NCBI GenBank assembly: GCA_050733215.1
Contig: JBOHSN010000006.1
Coordinates: 4,708-68,707, forward strand
Length of the DNA: 64,000 nucleotides
Source of the DNA: Gemmatimonadales bacterium
Lineage (GTDB): Bacteria; Gemmatimonadota; Gemmatimonadetes; Gemmatimonadales; GWC2-71-9
Direction: 5' to 3'
Shown: in pieces, positions 33,628 through 43,730 of the stretch
How positions within the stretch are numbered: position 1 is the first letter of the stretch
Layout: each line of letters opens with the position of its first letter
Program-made: the position numbers and the translations under genes
The notes under the pieces: model-generated
Seen by the model: only the letters and a program-made list of their open reading frames with translations
The model's database searches: none
What the model was told of the DNA's origin: nothing

Positions 33628-36600
33628 CTAGCCCGGCCGACGGACGCCCAGCTTCTTCATTCGCGCTTCGAGGGTCGTGGGCTTGAGACCCAGAAGCACC
33701 GCTGCACCTCTGGGTCCGCTCACCCGCCACCCGGTCTGTTCCAGTACCTCCGCGATGTGTCTCCGCTCCATCTCCTCCAGGGTCGGCTGCCCGGCTCCCC
33801 GGCTGCTCGGAGCCGCTCCACTGTCGGAAGGCAGCAGCCCGTCCAGCTCCAGCGCGGAACCACGGCTCAGAATGACCGATCGCTCGATGACGTTGGCCAG
33901 CTCGCGGATGTTGCCGGGCCACGGGTAAGCGGTCAGCCCCTCAAGCACGCCCCGGGGCACCGCCTCGATGCGCTTTCCGAGCTTCGCGGCGTACTTGAGG
34001 ACGAAGTACCGGACCAGCTCCGCGATGTCTTCGGCCCGCTCCCGTAGCGCCGGGTTCCGGATGGGGAACACGTTGAGCCGGTAGAAGAGGTCGGCCCGGA
34101 AGCGGCCGTCGCGGACCCGTGCCTCGAGGTCGCGATGCGTTGCCGCGATCACCCGCACATCCACGTTGATCGGGCGAAGGCCGCCCACCCGCTCGATCTC
34201 ACCTTCCTGGAGGACCCGGAGCAGCTTCACCTGTGAGTCGAGCGGCAGATCCCCGATCTCGTCGAGAAAGAGCGTGCCCCCGTCGGCGACTTCGAACCGT
34301 CCGATTCGCCGGCTCACGGCTCCAGTGAAGGCGCCCTTCTCGTGGCCGAACAGCTCGCTCTCGACCAGCCCCGGGGAGATCGCGCCGCAATTGACCGTGA
34401 TGAGCGCGCGGTCGCGCCGGGGGCTCAGCTTGTGAATCGCCCGGGCGAGCAACTCCTTCCCGGTGCCGGTTTCCCCGGTGATCAGGACGGTGGTGTCGCC
34501 CGGCGCCACCTGCTCGACCTCCGTGAGCACCCGGCGAAGCGCCGGGCTTCGCCCGACGATCTCCTCGAATCCGTGCTCGGTCTCGATCTGCTCCTGGAGG
34601 TAGACGTTCTCGGTCTCCAGCCGGTCCTTGAGCCGCCGCACCTCGGCGAGCGCGGCCCGAAGCGACTCTTCCGCCCGCTTGCTGTCGTCGATGTCGGTTG
34701 CCACGCCGAACCAGCGGGTGGTCGCTTCCTCCGGGCTGCGCATCGGGATCGCGCGGGCGCGGAACCAGCGGTGCTGGCCGTCCGCCCTCCGAAGCCGATA
34801 CTCGGTCTCGAACGCCTCGCCGGTCCGCACCGATTGCTCCCAGGCCGCGGTCGTGCGCTCGCGGTCGCCGGTATGGACGGCGGCAAGCCAGCCCTGGCCG
34901 AGGCAGCGCGCGAGCGGGAGCCCCGTGTATTCCGAGAACCGGCGGCTCACGTAGTCGCATCCACCGTCGGTGCCGGCGGTGAACAGGACTTCGGGCACCG
35001 TCTCCGCCATGGTGCTGTAGCGAAGCTGGCTCTCGCGCAGCGCGTCGCCAGTGCGCTTGCGCTCCAACTCCGCGCCGGCGCGGGCGGCGAAGATACGCAG
35101 GATCGCGAGGTCGTCCGGGGTCGGTGTGATCGGGGCGGTGTGGAGCACCGCGAGATGGCCGAGCAGGTCGCCGGTGGCTCCGCGAAGGGGGATGCCCAGA
35201 TAACTCTCCGCACCGAGGGTCTGGAGCTCGGTATCGGCCGGGAAGAGCGCCTGGATGTCGCGGGTATGCAGGCACATGTCGCCCCCGAGCACCTGCTGGC
35301 AGGGTGTTCCACTGACCGCATACTCCACGTTCTCCGCGAAGTCCGACCCGCTCCAGAACGCGAGCGTGCGGACGCGGGTGCGCTCGGCGTCGGTGCATTC
35401 CGCCGCGAACGCGTAGCGGGCCTGGAGCGCGTCGGCCAGATGCTGGACCAGGGGGCGGAAGAAGTCACCCGCCGTCACGGCGGCCGTGCCCTCCGCCAAG
35501 GCCCGGAGCTTCGCCTCGGCGCGCGTACGCTCGGTCACTTCCTGGCGCGTCCGCTCGTACAGGCGCGCGTTTTCGATGGCGATGGCGGCCTGAGCGGAGA
35601 TCAGCTGCATCACCCGGACGCGCTCGGGAGTGAAGGCGTGTGGGGTGAGCCGGTTCTCGACGTAGAGCGTGCCGACGAGGGTGCCCTGATTGAGGACCGC
35701 GGTGCAGAGTACGGAGCGGGGCCGCTCGCGCACGATGTACGGATCCTCCGCGCAGCGCTCGTCCACCGGCGCGTCGGCCACCACGACGTTCTCGCGGGTC
35801 CGGCGCACGTAGTGGATCAGACTGACCGGCAGATCGACACTCTCGGCCAGCGGCACGGTCGGTCCGCCGAGCACCTCGATCCGATCGTGCGAGCCGGTGA
35901 CGCGCACGACGGGCCCGGCTTCCCCCTCGAGCACGAGGGAGCCCCGCTCGGCACCGGCGTTCTCGAGCGCGACGCGCATGAGTCGGTCCAGTAGCCGCTC
36001 GAGATCGATCTCCTGGCCGATCGCCTGGGCGGCCTTGATCGCGGCCGCTGCATCGATCGAAATGTCGAGCGTCTCGCTGGACACGAGCACCGACGAGCCG
36101 CTCGGCCGCGCAGATCCATCCGGGGCCAACCCCTGCCGCAGCAGTTCGGGATACCGGCGGTCCAGGTCCGCCACCTTGGCGGTTGCGCCCCACTGCGCGT
36201 ACCCGAAGCGGGCCTCGGCCAGGAACACCGCCGCGACCTTGGGCTGTCCGCGCTGGAGCCAGAACCGGCCGTACAGCTCGTTGATGAGCGCCCGGTGTCG
36301 AGGCGATTCCTGAGCGGCGACCGCCTCGAGGGCGGCGTCATATAGCGTGACCGCGTCCCCCGGTCGCTGCCGCACCCGCGCGATCTCCGCCGAAGCGAGG
36401 AGGTGGAGATGCCCGAAGTTCTCGGGAGCGCTCTCCGCCCAGCGGGCGAGCCGCGCCTCGAGCCGATCAAGCTTGGTCTCCGCGGGCGGCCGCTCGCCGG
36501 CCGGGGCGTCCGGCAGCCAAGCGCAGATGGCGAGCACGTGGCGGAAGGTGAACATCGCGGGCCAGATCGAGCCGACGAACACGTCGGCGGCCGCCTCTTC

Positions 36601-39600
36601 GGTCGCTGCGTAGCGCCGAGCCGCCTCGACCTGCCCGAAGGTGTGGAGGAGCTCGAGCTTCACCGTGGCATGCAGGGCGCGGAAGATACCGCTGCCCCCG
36701 AGCAGCTTGAGGTAACGCTCCTCGTCGAAATCCGAGCCCGACAGACTGATCGGCGTCTCTGTGCGGCCACGCAGCGCCTCGCTCCACTGCAGCATGACGC
36801 GCTGCATCTCGACGTAGGTGTGGAGCTGTAGCCGGGCGAGCAGGTCCGCCGTGGGTCCGTGACGATCGGCGAACGTCTCGAGGTCGCGCTCGATCTGCAT
36901 CCCGTACCACGCCTGCTGGAACTGTGCGTAGCCCGCCACCGCGAGGTTCCCGGACTCGAAAGCCGCGCGGACCGCCTCCCGGGCGTGGACGATGCAGTTC
37001 GCGAACGGCTGCCGCCACGCATTGACCAACGCCGCAAACCGGTGATGCACGATCGCGCGAAGTCGCAGATCCGCGAAGCGCTCATTGACCGCCAGCGCGA
37101 GCTCGCCGAACTCCGCGCCACGCTCGTACTCGCCGAACACGGAGCCCACGGTCATCGCGTGGTGCAGGAAGCCGAAGGCCGACGGCTCGCTGACGCCGTG
37201 CTCGAGCGACAGACGCACGAGGCGGGCTGCGACGAGGTCGCCGAGGCGGGTCTGTCCGCTGATGTACGCCGGCGCCCAAGCCGCCTGGAGCAGCCGCATC
37301 GCCTGACGCATGCCGGGATCCTGCACCGGCGGGAGCTCCACCAGGCTCGCGATGGGCCGCGTCCCGATCGCCCGCCGAATCGCATCGAGCTCGGCGGCGA
37401 GGTCCGGTTCCCAGGCAGCCGGATCGGCGCTCACGGCGACGTCGAGCCGGCGGAGCCCGTCGAGGCCGGCCGCAATCGCGTCCGCGTAGCGCGACATTGT
37501 CTCGTACTCGACCATCAGCAGGGCGTAGACGTCGGCGACATCGAGCGGTGACCGGCACCGTTCGAGCAGCGCGAGGAAGCTCCTTTCCGCCTCGTCCAGG
37601 CGGGCGCAGAGATACTCGGCTTCCGCCCGCTCGAGGTGCAGCGCGAAGGCGAGCTCGTAATGCTCGGACCAGGCGGTGTCGGGAAGCAGCTCCGTTCCGA
37701 CCGTGAAATGGCTCAGGGCGCTCGGGTACGCGGCCGATGCTTTGGCCTTGCGCCCGGCGTCAAGGTTCAGCTGGGCCAGACGCCGGCGCTCGCCGGCATC
37801 GGCGATGAGCGAACGACCGTAGTTCAGGTGGTTGGCCACCTCGAACAGGCTGTCCGCGCGGGCGTCGCCGCCGCGCTCGAGCAGCAACCGCCCGACGGTG
37901 AGATGCGCCTGCCGCCGGCCCTCCTCGGGAATCAGCGCGTACGCGGCCTGCTGCACCCGGTCGTGGAGGAAGCGGTAGCCGATCTCGGCGGGTTCGATGC
38001 CGGTGGAGAGGTCCGGCGCGAATCCGTACGACTTGTCCAGCGAAAGCACGAGTCCTTGCTCGACCGCCTCCCACAGATCCGCGGCGGCCTCGGCCGGCTC
38101 CGCCTGGCTGATGATGGCAAGCGTCCGGAGATCGAACCGGTCACCCACGCACGCCGCGAGGCGAAGCGCCCGCTGGGTGCGGGAACCGAGGCGGGAGATC
38201 TTGGCCGCCATCAACGCGAGGACGTTGTCGGCGAGCTCCACCCGAGCCGTCCGGTCCAGATCGACCCGCCATCCGCCCGTGGCCTCGTCGAACGTGATGA
38301 GCCCGTCGGCGTGGAGCGACTGTAGCAGCTGCTTGACGAAGAAAGGATTGCCGCCCGTCTTGGTGAGAACGAGGTCCGCGGCAGCGGATGCGTGTCCCGC
38401 GTCGGTCCGAAGCGCGTCCGCGACCAGCTCCCGCAGCTGGCCGGCGTCGAGCGGCGGGAGCGCGATCTCCTCGATCCGCACCCGCGCGGCGAGTTCGCCG
38501 ACGGTCAGCCGCAGGGGATGGGTGGGGGACACCTCGTTGTCACGATACGCGCCGATAACGAGGAGCCCACGGATGTCCGGGTCGGTCAGCAGGAAGGGCA
38601 GCAGGGCGAGCGTCGCCGCGTCCGCCCACTGGAGGTCGTCCAGGAACAGAACCAGGGGGTGGTCGGCACGAGCGAACGCGGCCACGAACTTCTGGAAGAC
38701 CAGATTGAACCGGTTCTGCGCCTCGGTCGGCCCGAGCACCGGGGCCGGGGGCTGGGGGCCGAGGATGCGCTCGAGCTCGGGGATGACGTCGATCACGACC
38801 TGGGCATTGGCGCCGAGCGCGGCGCCCAGCCGCGCCGCCCAGGTGCGGACCTCCTCGTCGCTTGCCGCGAGCGTCTGGCGCACCAGCGCCTGGAATGCCT
38901 GGGCGAGCGCCCGATAGGGAACGTCCCGCGCCAGCTGGTCGAACTTCCCCGCGATCAGGTGGGCCTGTCCCCGGGTCATCGACTTGTAGACCTCCTGGAT
39001 GAGCGAGGTCTTCCCGATGCCGGAGTAACCGGTCACCAGCACGAGCTCGGTCGCGCCGGCCGCGACCCGCTCAAATGCCGCCCGCACGGCGGCGCCTTCC
39101 GCGGCCCGCCCGTACAGCCGCTGAGGAACCACGAACCGGGTCGAGCTGTCCTCGGTGCCCAGCGGGTGCTCGCCCACCGTTCCCGATGCCTCCAGCTCGG
39201 CAGCGAACCGCGCCAGATCCGCGCGCAGCCCCTGCGCGCTCTGGTAACGCGCCTCGGGCATCTTCTCGAGCAGGCGCGTGACCGCCCGGCAGACGACCTC
39301 GGGCAGCTCGGGCCGCCGGAGCGCCGGCGAGTCCGGCAGCCGTGCGATATGGCCGTGGATCAGCTCCAGCGGATCCGACGAATCGAAGGGCAGCCGCCCG
39401 GTCAGCATCTCGTACAGGGTCACGCCCAGCGAGTACAGATCCGTGTGGTAATCCACATCCCGGTTCATCCGCCCGGTCTGTTCGGGCGACATGTAGGCGA
39501 TCGTGCCCTCGAGCAGATGCGGGTGGCTCGGCGGCTGCGGCTCGCTCGTCAGGCGGGAGGCGATGCCGAAGTCGGTCAGCGTGACGCGCGAGGTGGCGGC

Positions 39601-40008
39601 GTCAACCAGGATGTTGTTGGGATTGACGTCTTTGTGGATGATGCCGCGACGGTGGAGCTCGCCGAGGACGGTCGCGAGCTGCACGCCGATGCTCAGCACC
39701 TGGCGGAGGGGAAGCGGGCTGCTCGCGATCAGCGTCTTGAGCGGCACTCCGCCGGCGTCCTCGAGCACGAGGGCGACGCGGTCGCGATGCGTCACCAGCT
39801 CCAGCGGCCGGGCCACGCCGGCAATCGAGAGGGACGACAGGATCTGGTACTCACGCCGCAACGCGGTCAACTGCGCGGGCGCGGGAAACTCATCCGCCGG
39901 GGTCTTGATCACGGCCGGGAGGCCGTCGCGCCGGCGGGTTGCCCGGAAGACGACGCGGCGGCGACCCCGGTAGATCTCCTGCTGGATGTCGTAGCCGGGA
40001 ATGCTCAT
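33628..40008 (-). CDS. 2126-aa multidomain regulator: Ser/Thr protein kinase - AAA_16/STAND NTPase - helical repeats - GAF - GAF - PAS - sigma54-interaction AAA+ - Fis-type HTH
   Basis: Kinase aa 6-268 (39205-39993): PAVIK, IIHKDVNPNNIL, DFG, SPE. AAA_16 aa 296-500: GYSGIGKTS, LVLFLDDLQWAD. GAF about 1315-1485 and 1505-1650. PAS about 1660-1780. Sigma54 AAA+ aa 1814-2055 (33844-34569): GETGTGKE, GAFTGA, TLFLDEIG. HTH aa 2078-2120. Confidence 0.9.
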   Translation of the reverse strand: MSIPGYDIQQEIYRGRRRVVFRATRRRDGLPAVIKTPADEFPAPAQLTALRREYQILSSLSIAGVARPLELVTHRDRVALVLEDAGGVPLKTLIASSPLPLRQVLSIGVQLATVLGELHRRGIIHKDVNPNNILVDAATSRVTLTDFGIASRLTSEPQPPSHPHLLEGTIAYMSPEQTGRMNRDVDYHTDLYSLGVTLYEMLTGRLPFDSSDPLELIHGHIARLPDSPALRRPELPEVVCRAVTRLLEKMPEARYQSAQGLRADLARFAAELEASGTVGEHPLGTEDSSTRFVVPQRLYGRAAEGAAVRAAFERVAAGATELVLVTGYSGIGKTSLIQEVYKSMTRGQAHLIAGKFDQLARDVPYRALAQAFQALVRQTLAASDEEVRTWAARLGAALGANAQVVIDVIPELERILGPQPPAPVLGPTEAQNRFNLVFQKFVAAFARADHPLVLFLDDLQWADAATLALLPFLLTDPDIRGLLVIGAYRDNEVSPTHPLRLTVGELAARVRIEEIALPPLDAGQLRELVADALRTDAGHASAAADLVLTKTGGNPFFVKQLLQSLHADGLITFDEATGGWRVDLDRTARVELADNVLALMAAKISRLGSRTQRALRLAACVGDRFDLRTLAIISQAEPAEAAADLWEAVEQGLVLSLDKSYGFAPDLSTGIEPAEIGYRFLHDRVQQAAYALIPEEGRRQAHLTVGRLLLERGGDARADSLFEVANHLNYGRSLIADAGERRRLAQLNLDAGRKAKASAAYPSALSHFTVGTELLPDTAWSEHYELAFALHLERAEAEYLCARLDEAERSFLALLERCRSPLDVADVYALLMVEYETMSRYADAIAAGLDGLRRLDVAVSADPAAWEPDLAAELDAIRRAIGTRPIASLVELPPVQDPGMRQAMRLLQAAWAPAYISGQTRLGDLVAARLVRLSLEHGVSEPSAFGFLHHAMTVGSVFGEYERGAEFGELALAVNERFADLRLRAIVHHRFAALVNAWRQPFANCIVHAREAVRAAFESGNLAVAGYAQFQQAWYGMQIERDLETFADRHGPTADLLARLQLHTYVEMQRVMLQWSEALRGRTETPISLSGSDFDEERYLKLLGGSGIFRALHATVKLELLHTFGQVEAARRYAATEEAAADVFVGSIWPAMFTFRHVLAICAWLPDAPAGERPPAETKLDRLEARLARWAESAPENFGHLHLLASAEIARVRQRPGDAVTLYDAALEAVAAQESPRHRALINELYGRFWLQRGQPKVAAVFLAEARFGYAQWGATAKVADLDRRYPELLRQGLAPDGSARPSGSSVLVSSETLDISIDAAAAIKAAQAIGQEIDLERLLDRLMRVALENAGAERGSLVLEGEAGPVVRVTGSHDRIEVLGGPTVPLAESVDLPVSLIHYVRRTRENVVVADAPVDERCAEDPYIVRERPRSVLCTAVLNQGTLVGTLYVENRLTPHAFTPERVRVMQLISAQAAIAIENARLYERTRQEVTERTRAEAKLRALAEGTAAVTAGDFFRPLVQHLADALQARYAFAAECTDAERTRVRTLAFWSGSDFAENVEYAVSGTPCQQVLGGDMCLHTRDIQALFPADTELQTLGAESYLGIPLRGATGDLLGHLAVLHTAPITPTPDDLAILRIFAARAGAELERKRTGDALRESQLRYSTMAETVPEVLFTAGTDGGCDYVSRRFSEYTGLPLARCLGQGWLAAVHTGDRERTTAAWEQSVRTGEAFETEYRLRRADGQHRWFRARAIPMRSPEEATTRWFGVATDIDDSKRAEESLRAALAEVRRLKDRLETENVYLQEQIETEHGFEEIVGRSPALRRVLTEVEQVAPGDTTVLITGETGTGKELLARAIHKLSPRRDRALITVNCGAISPGLVESELFGHEKGAFTGAVSRRIGRFEVADGGTLFLDEIGDLPLDSQVKLLRVLQEGEIERVGGLRPINVDVRVIAATHRDLEARVRDGRFRADLFYRLNVFPIRNPALRERAEDIAELVRYFVLKYAAKLGKRIEAVPRGVLEGLTAYPWPGNIRELANVIERSVILSRGSALELDGLLPSDSGAAPSSRGAGQPTLEEMERRHIAEVLEQTGWRVSGPRGAAVLLGLKPTTLEARMKKLGVRRPG

Positions 40009-40030
40009 GGCCCTTCGATATACCGGCCGG

Positions 40031-41326
40031 TCAGCCGGCGCGCCAGCCGGCTTCCTGACGGCGGCTCCGCTCCCTCCAGCCGATGTCCTGGCGGAACTGC
40101 TTGCCGGCGAAGTCGATGCGGGTGGCGGCCTCGGAGCTCAGCCGCTGCGCGTCGGCGAACGTCCCGGCCGTGCCCGTTACCGTCAGCACCCGTCCGCCGG
40201 CTACCCGGAGCACGCCATCCGGGTCCACGGCCGTGCCGGCGTGAAAGACGATCACCCCATCGGCAAGGTCCTGCGGAATCCGGATAGCAGCGCCCTGCTC
40301 GGGCTGATCGGGGTAGCCGCGTGCCGCGAGCACGGTGGTGACGGCCGCACCTCCACCAATGCGAAGGCCGGAAGGAGCGTCGCCCCGAGCGACCCGCCAG
40401 AATGCGTCGGTGAGCCCCGCCTCGACCAGCGGCAGCACCACCTGCGCTTCGGGGTCCCCCAGGCGGCAGTTGAACTCCACGACCGCGAGATCGCCGGCGG
40501 GGCCCACCATCAGGCCGGCGTAGAGCACGCCGGAGAACGGAGTGCCACGCCGGCGAAGCTCCTCGAGCACCGGCAGGCACACCTCGCGCTCCGCCCGGTC
40601 CAGCAGCCCTGATGTCGCCAGCGCGACCGGGCTGTACGCGCCCATGCCGCCGGTGTTCGGTCCGCGGTCGCCCTCGAGCAGCCGCTTGTGGTCCTGCGCG
40701 GCCGGGAAGAGCTCGACCTGCGCGCCGTTCGTGAGCGCGAGCACCGAGAGCTCCTCGCCCTCGAGGAACGCCTCGATCACCACGACCCGGCCGGCGGCGC
40801 CGAACTTCCCCTCGCCAAGCATGGCGCGCACTGCGCCGGCGGCGTCGGCGCGGGTGGCGCAGACGATCGCGCCCTTGCCAGCCGCGAGGCCAGAGGCTTT
40901 CACCACCAGCGGCTCGGCGTGAGCGTCGACATACGCCAGCGCGGCGCGCAGGTCGGTGAACGTGGCGCTCGCCGCCGTCGGGACCCCGGCCGCCTCCATG
41001 ATCTCCTTGGCGAACGCCTTCGACGCTTCGAGCTGCGCCGCAGCCGCGCTCGGCCCGACCACCGCGCGTCCCTCCGCCCTCAGCCGATCGGCCAGGCCGG
41101 CGGCCAGCGGCGCCTCGGGCCCGATCACGACCATGTCGATGCCGAGCATGTCGGCCGCATCGGCGACCCGGTCGATGTCGTCGGGGGAGATGAGAAGGTT
41201 TTCGGCGAGCGTGGCTGTGCCCGGATTGCCCGGCGCGCAGTGGAGCGCGGCGCCGGGATTCTCGCGGCGAAGGGCGTGGCAGAGCGCGTGCTCCCGCCCC
41301 CCGCTGCCGACGACCAGAATCCTCAC
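40031..41326 (-). CDS. purD: Phosphoribosylamine--glycine ligase
   Basis: MRILVVGSGGREHAL... is colinear with PurD. The GTG start overlaps the upstream stop (GTGA). Confidence 0.95.
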   Translation of the reverse strand: MRILVVGSGGREHALCHALRRENPGAALHCAPGNPGTATLAENLLISPDDIDRVADAADMLGIDMVVIGPEAPLAAGLADRLRAEGRAVVGPSAAAAQLEASKAFAKEIMEAAGVPTAASATFTDLRAALAYVDAHAEPLVVKASGLAAGKGAIVCATRADAAGAVRAMLGEGKFGAAGRVVVIEAFLEGEELSVLALTNGAQVELFPAAQDHKRLLEGDRGPNTGGMGAYSPVALATSGLLDRAEREVCLPVLEELRRRGTPFSGVLYAGLMVGPAGDLAVVEFNCRLGDPEAQVVLPLVEAGLTDAFWRVARGDAPSGLRIGGGAAVTTVLAARGYPDQPEQGAAIRIPQDLADGVIVFHAGTAVDPDGVLRVAGGRVLTVTGTAGTFADAQRLSSEAATRIDFAGKQFRQDIGWRERSRRQEAGWRAG

Positions 41327-42333
41327 CGACGCTGGGCGGAGCGGAACGCCTCGGCGGCGCGCTCGGCCGCCCGCTTCGCGGCGTCGGCCACGGCGGAGAC
41401 GAATTCCCGTGCTTCGCTCGCGTAGTACGATCCCGCGGCGGCCATGTCGTCACCCAGCGGACGGGCCTGCTCCTCCGCGCCCCTGCGGGTGTACTCGCCG
41501 CGGAGAATCCGGTCGTAGTCGCCGCCCGCCACCCACTGCTGAAGCTCGGCCGCTCGGATCGTGTTCATCGGGTGGGTGAGCGCGAGCGTGTTGAGAATCT
41601 TGTAGATCGCGTCGAATCCTTCGCGCGAGCCGAGGTACTCGTTGGCCTGCGACATGAACGCGTCGAGGCTCATCTCCCCCCGGTTGATCTGCCCCCGGGT
41701 GCCGCCGGCCATCTTCATGAACACCCGCTGTGCTGCGAGCACGTCCTGCGAGCCGATGAGCCCGGCGCGGTCGGAGGAGAGCTCGGCTTTGCGCGCCCAC
41801 TCGAGGATCGCGAGGCGGATGGGGAAGAGCGCGATCCCCGCGAGGATCGGCAATGCCGAAAGGCCCACGCTGAGCAGAATCTCCGCGATGGTGCGGTACA
41901 GCGAGTGGCCGCTCACGACGTGCCCCATCTCGTGGGCAAGCAGCACGCGGAGCTCGTCGTCGTCGAGCATCTCGAGCGCGGCGGAGTGCACCACGATGAA
42001 CGGATCGTCCACGCCGTAGGCGCCGGCGTTGAACACCGGCGTCTGCGAGACGTAGAGCTCCGGCACCTTCGGCCAGTCGAACGTGTGGGCGACTTCCGTC
42101 TGGAGGGTCCACAGCTTGGGGAACTGGGCGGCGCCGGCCCGGACGGCATTGCCCTGAAAGAGAAGGCGGATCCCGCGCTCGCCGCCGAGGAAGGCGATCA
42201 CCTTGCGCACGACCTCATCGAAGCCCGGCAGGACCCGGAGCGACTGGAGTGCGGCGCGGTCAGCCGGGTGCTCCCACGAGACCGCGGCGATCTCCGGGAA
42301 GCGCTGACGGGGCCGGGTGGCGGGGACGGTCAT
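41323..42333 (-). CDS. M48-family zinc metallopeptidase
   Basis: HEMGHVVSGH (HExxH) with a downstream E...D region; 336 aa. Confidence 0.85.
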   Translation of the reverse strand: MTVPATRPRQRFPEIAAVSWEHPADRAALQSLRVLPGFDEVVRKVIAFLGGERGIRLLFQGNAVRAGAAQFPKLWTLQTEVAHTFDWPKVPELYVSQTPVFNAGAYGVDDPFIVVHSAALEMLDDDELRVLLAHEMGHVVSGHSLYRTIAEILLSVGLSALPILAGIALFPIRLAILEWARKAELSSDRAGLIGSQDVLAAQRVFMKMAGGTRGQINRGEMSLDAFMSQANEYLGSREGFDAIYKILNTLALTHPMNTIRAAELQQWVAGGDYDRILRGEYTRRGAEEQARPLGDDMAAAGSYYASEAREFVSAVADAAKRAAERAAEAFRSAQRR

Positions 42334-42400
42334 GGGCGGCTCACGGTTCGGGTATGCCCGGCTCTACGGGCCGGCATTGAGGCATGTTTCAGATTGAACG

Positions 42401-42422
42401 GTCGTCGGTCGTCGGTCGTCGG
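42401..42422. repeat. Heptamer tandem repeat GTCGTCG x3 (single arm, no stop codon in the unit)
   Basis: gtcgtcg gtcgtcg gtcgtcg g, in the 99-nt intergenic gap. Confidence 0.8.
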
Positions 42423-42432
42423 CCCCAAGTAG

Positions 42433-43614
42433 TTACGCAATCCGACTGGTGTCGAACGCCTGATCGAGATCCGCAATCAGGTCCTCCGGATCCTCGCACC
42501 CGCAGGAGAGCCGGACCAGGCTGTCGGTGAGCCCGGTGGCGTCGCGGAGCGCCTGCGGGACCGAGCCGTGCGTCATCGACACCGGATGGCCGATCAGGCT
42601 CTCGACGCCGCCCAGGGACTCGGCGAGCGCGAAGATCGTCGTTGCCTCGACGAAGCGCTTGGCCCGTGCGGAGTCACCGAGGTCGATCGAGATCATCCCG
42701 CCGAAGCCGCTCATCTGGCGGCAGGCGAGGTCGTGCTGCGGATGGCTCGGAAGCCCAGGATAATACAGCTTCCGCACCTCCGACCGGTGGCTCAGCCACT
42801 GTGCCACCCGGCGCCCGTTGAGATCGTGTTGTCGCATCCGGAGCGGCAGCGTCTTGATGCCGCGGAGCGCGAGCCAGCAGTCCATCGGGCCAGGCACGCC
42901 ACCGGCGGCGTTCTGGAGAAAGCCGAACCGCTCGGCGAGGTCGTCGCGGCTGGTCACGAGCAGGCCACCGACCATGTCGCTGTGGCCGTTCAGGTACTTG
43001 GTAGTGGAGTGAAGCACGACGTCGCAGCCGAGCGCGAGGGGCCGCTGGAAGAACGGCGTGGCGAAAGTGTTGTCTACGACGGTGACGAGGCCCCGCGCCT
43101 GCGCCAGGTCGGCCACGGCTGCCAGGTCGGTGAGGAACATCATCGGGTTCGTCGGCGTCTCGCAGTAGATCACCCTGGTGGCCGGCGTGATGGCGCGCTC
43201 CACCGCGTTCACGTCGCGCATGTCGGCGAACGTGAACCCGAGCCCCAGATCGGCGTACACGCGGCTCATCAGCCGCTGGGATCCGCCGTAGAGATTGTCG
43301 CCCGCCACCACGTGGTCGCCGGCCTTGAGCAGCTTCAGGATCGTGTCGAGCGCGGCCAGCCCCGACCCGAAGGCGAACCCGAACGTGCCGCCCTCGAGCA
43401 CCGCGACGTTGCGCTCCAGCGCCTCGCGGGTCGGATTCTGGGTCCGGGCGTACTCGTAGCCGTTGTGCGGCCGGCCGAGCCCGTCCTGCACATAGGTGGA
43501 CGTCTGGTAGATCGGCTGCATGACCGCCCCGGCGGCCGGGTCGGGTGCCTGGCCGGCGTGGATCGCCTGGGTCGCGAAGCGATGGGATGGGTGCTCGGGA
43601 CGAACGCGCGTCAT
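42433..43614 (-). CDS. PLP-dependent trans-sulfuration enzyme (cystathionine gamma-synthase/gamma-lyase family)
   Basis: 393 aa with the Cys/Met-metabolism PLP motif STTKYLNGHSD. Substrate specificity cannot be resolved from the sequence. Confidence 0.9.
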   Translation of the reverse strand: MTRVRPEHPSHRFATQAIHAGQAPDPAAGAVMQPIYQTSTYVQDGLGRPHNGYEYARTQNPTREALERNVAVLEGGTFGFAFGSGLAALDTILKLLKAGDHVVAGDNLYGGSQRLMSRVYADLGLGFTFADMRDVNAVERAITPATRVIYCETPTNPMMFLTDLAAVADLAQARGLVTVVDNTFATPFFQRPLALGCDVVLHSTTKYLNGHSDMVGGLLVTSRDDLAERFGFLQNAAGGVPGPMDCWLALRGIKTLPLRMRQHDLNGRRVAQWLSHRSEVRKLYYPGLPSHPQHDLACRQMSGFGGMISIDLGDSARAKRFVEATTIFALAESLGGVESLIGHPVSMTHGSVPQALRDATGLTDSLVRLSCGCEDPEDLIADLDQAFDTSRIA

Positions 43615-43730
43615 GGGCCCTGCCGAGGGCGGGTCTCCGGGGGCGGGAAAGTCGCGGAAGCGTAACGGCGTTCGACACTTCCGGGCAAGCCTCGGTTGAA
43701 GATTGCCGTGGCCCCGGGTAGCTTCGCGGA

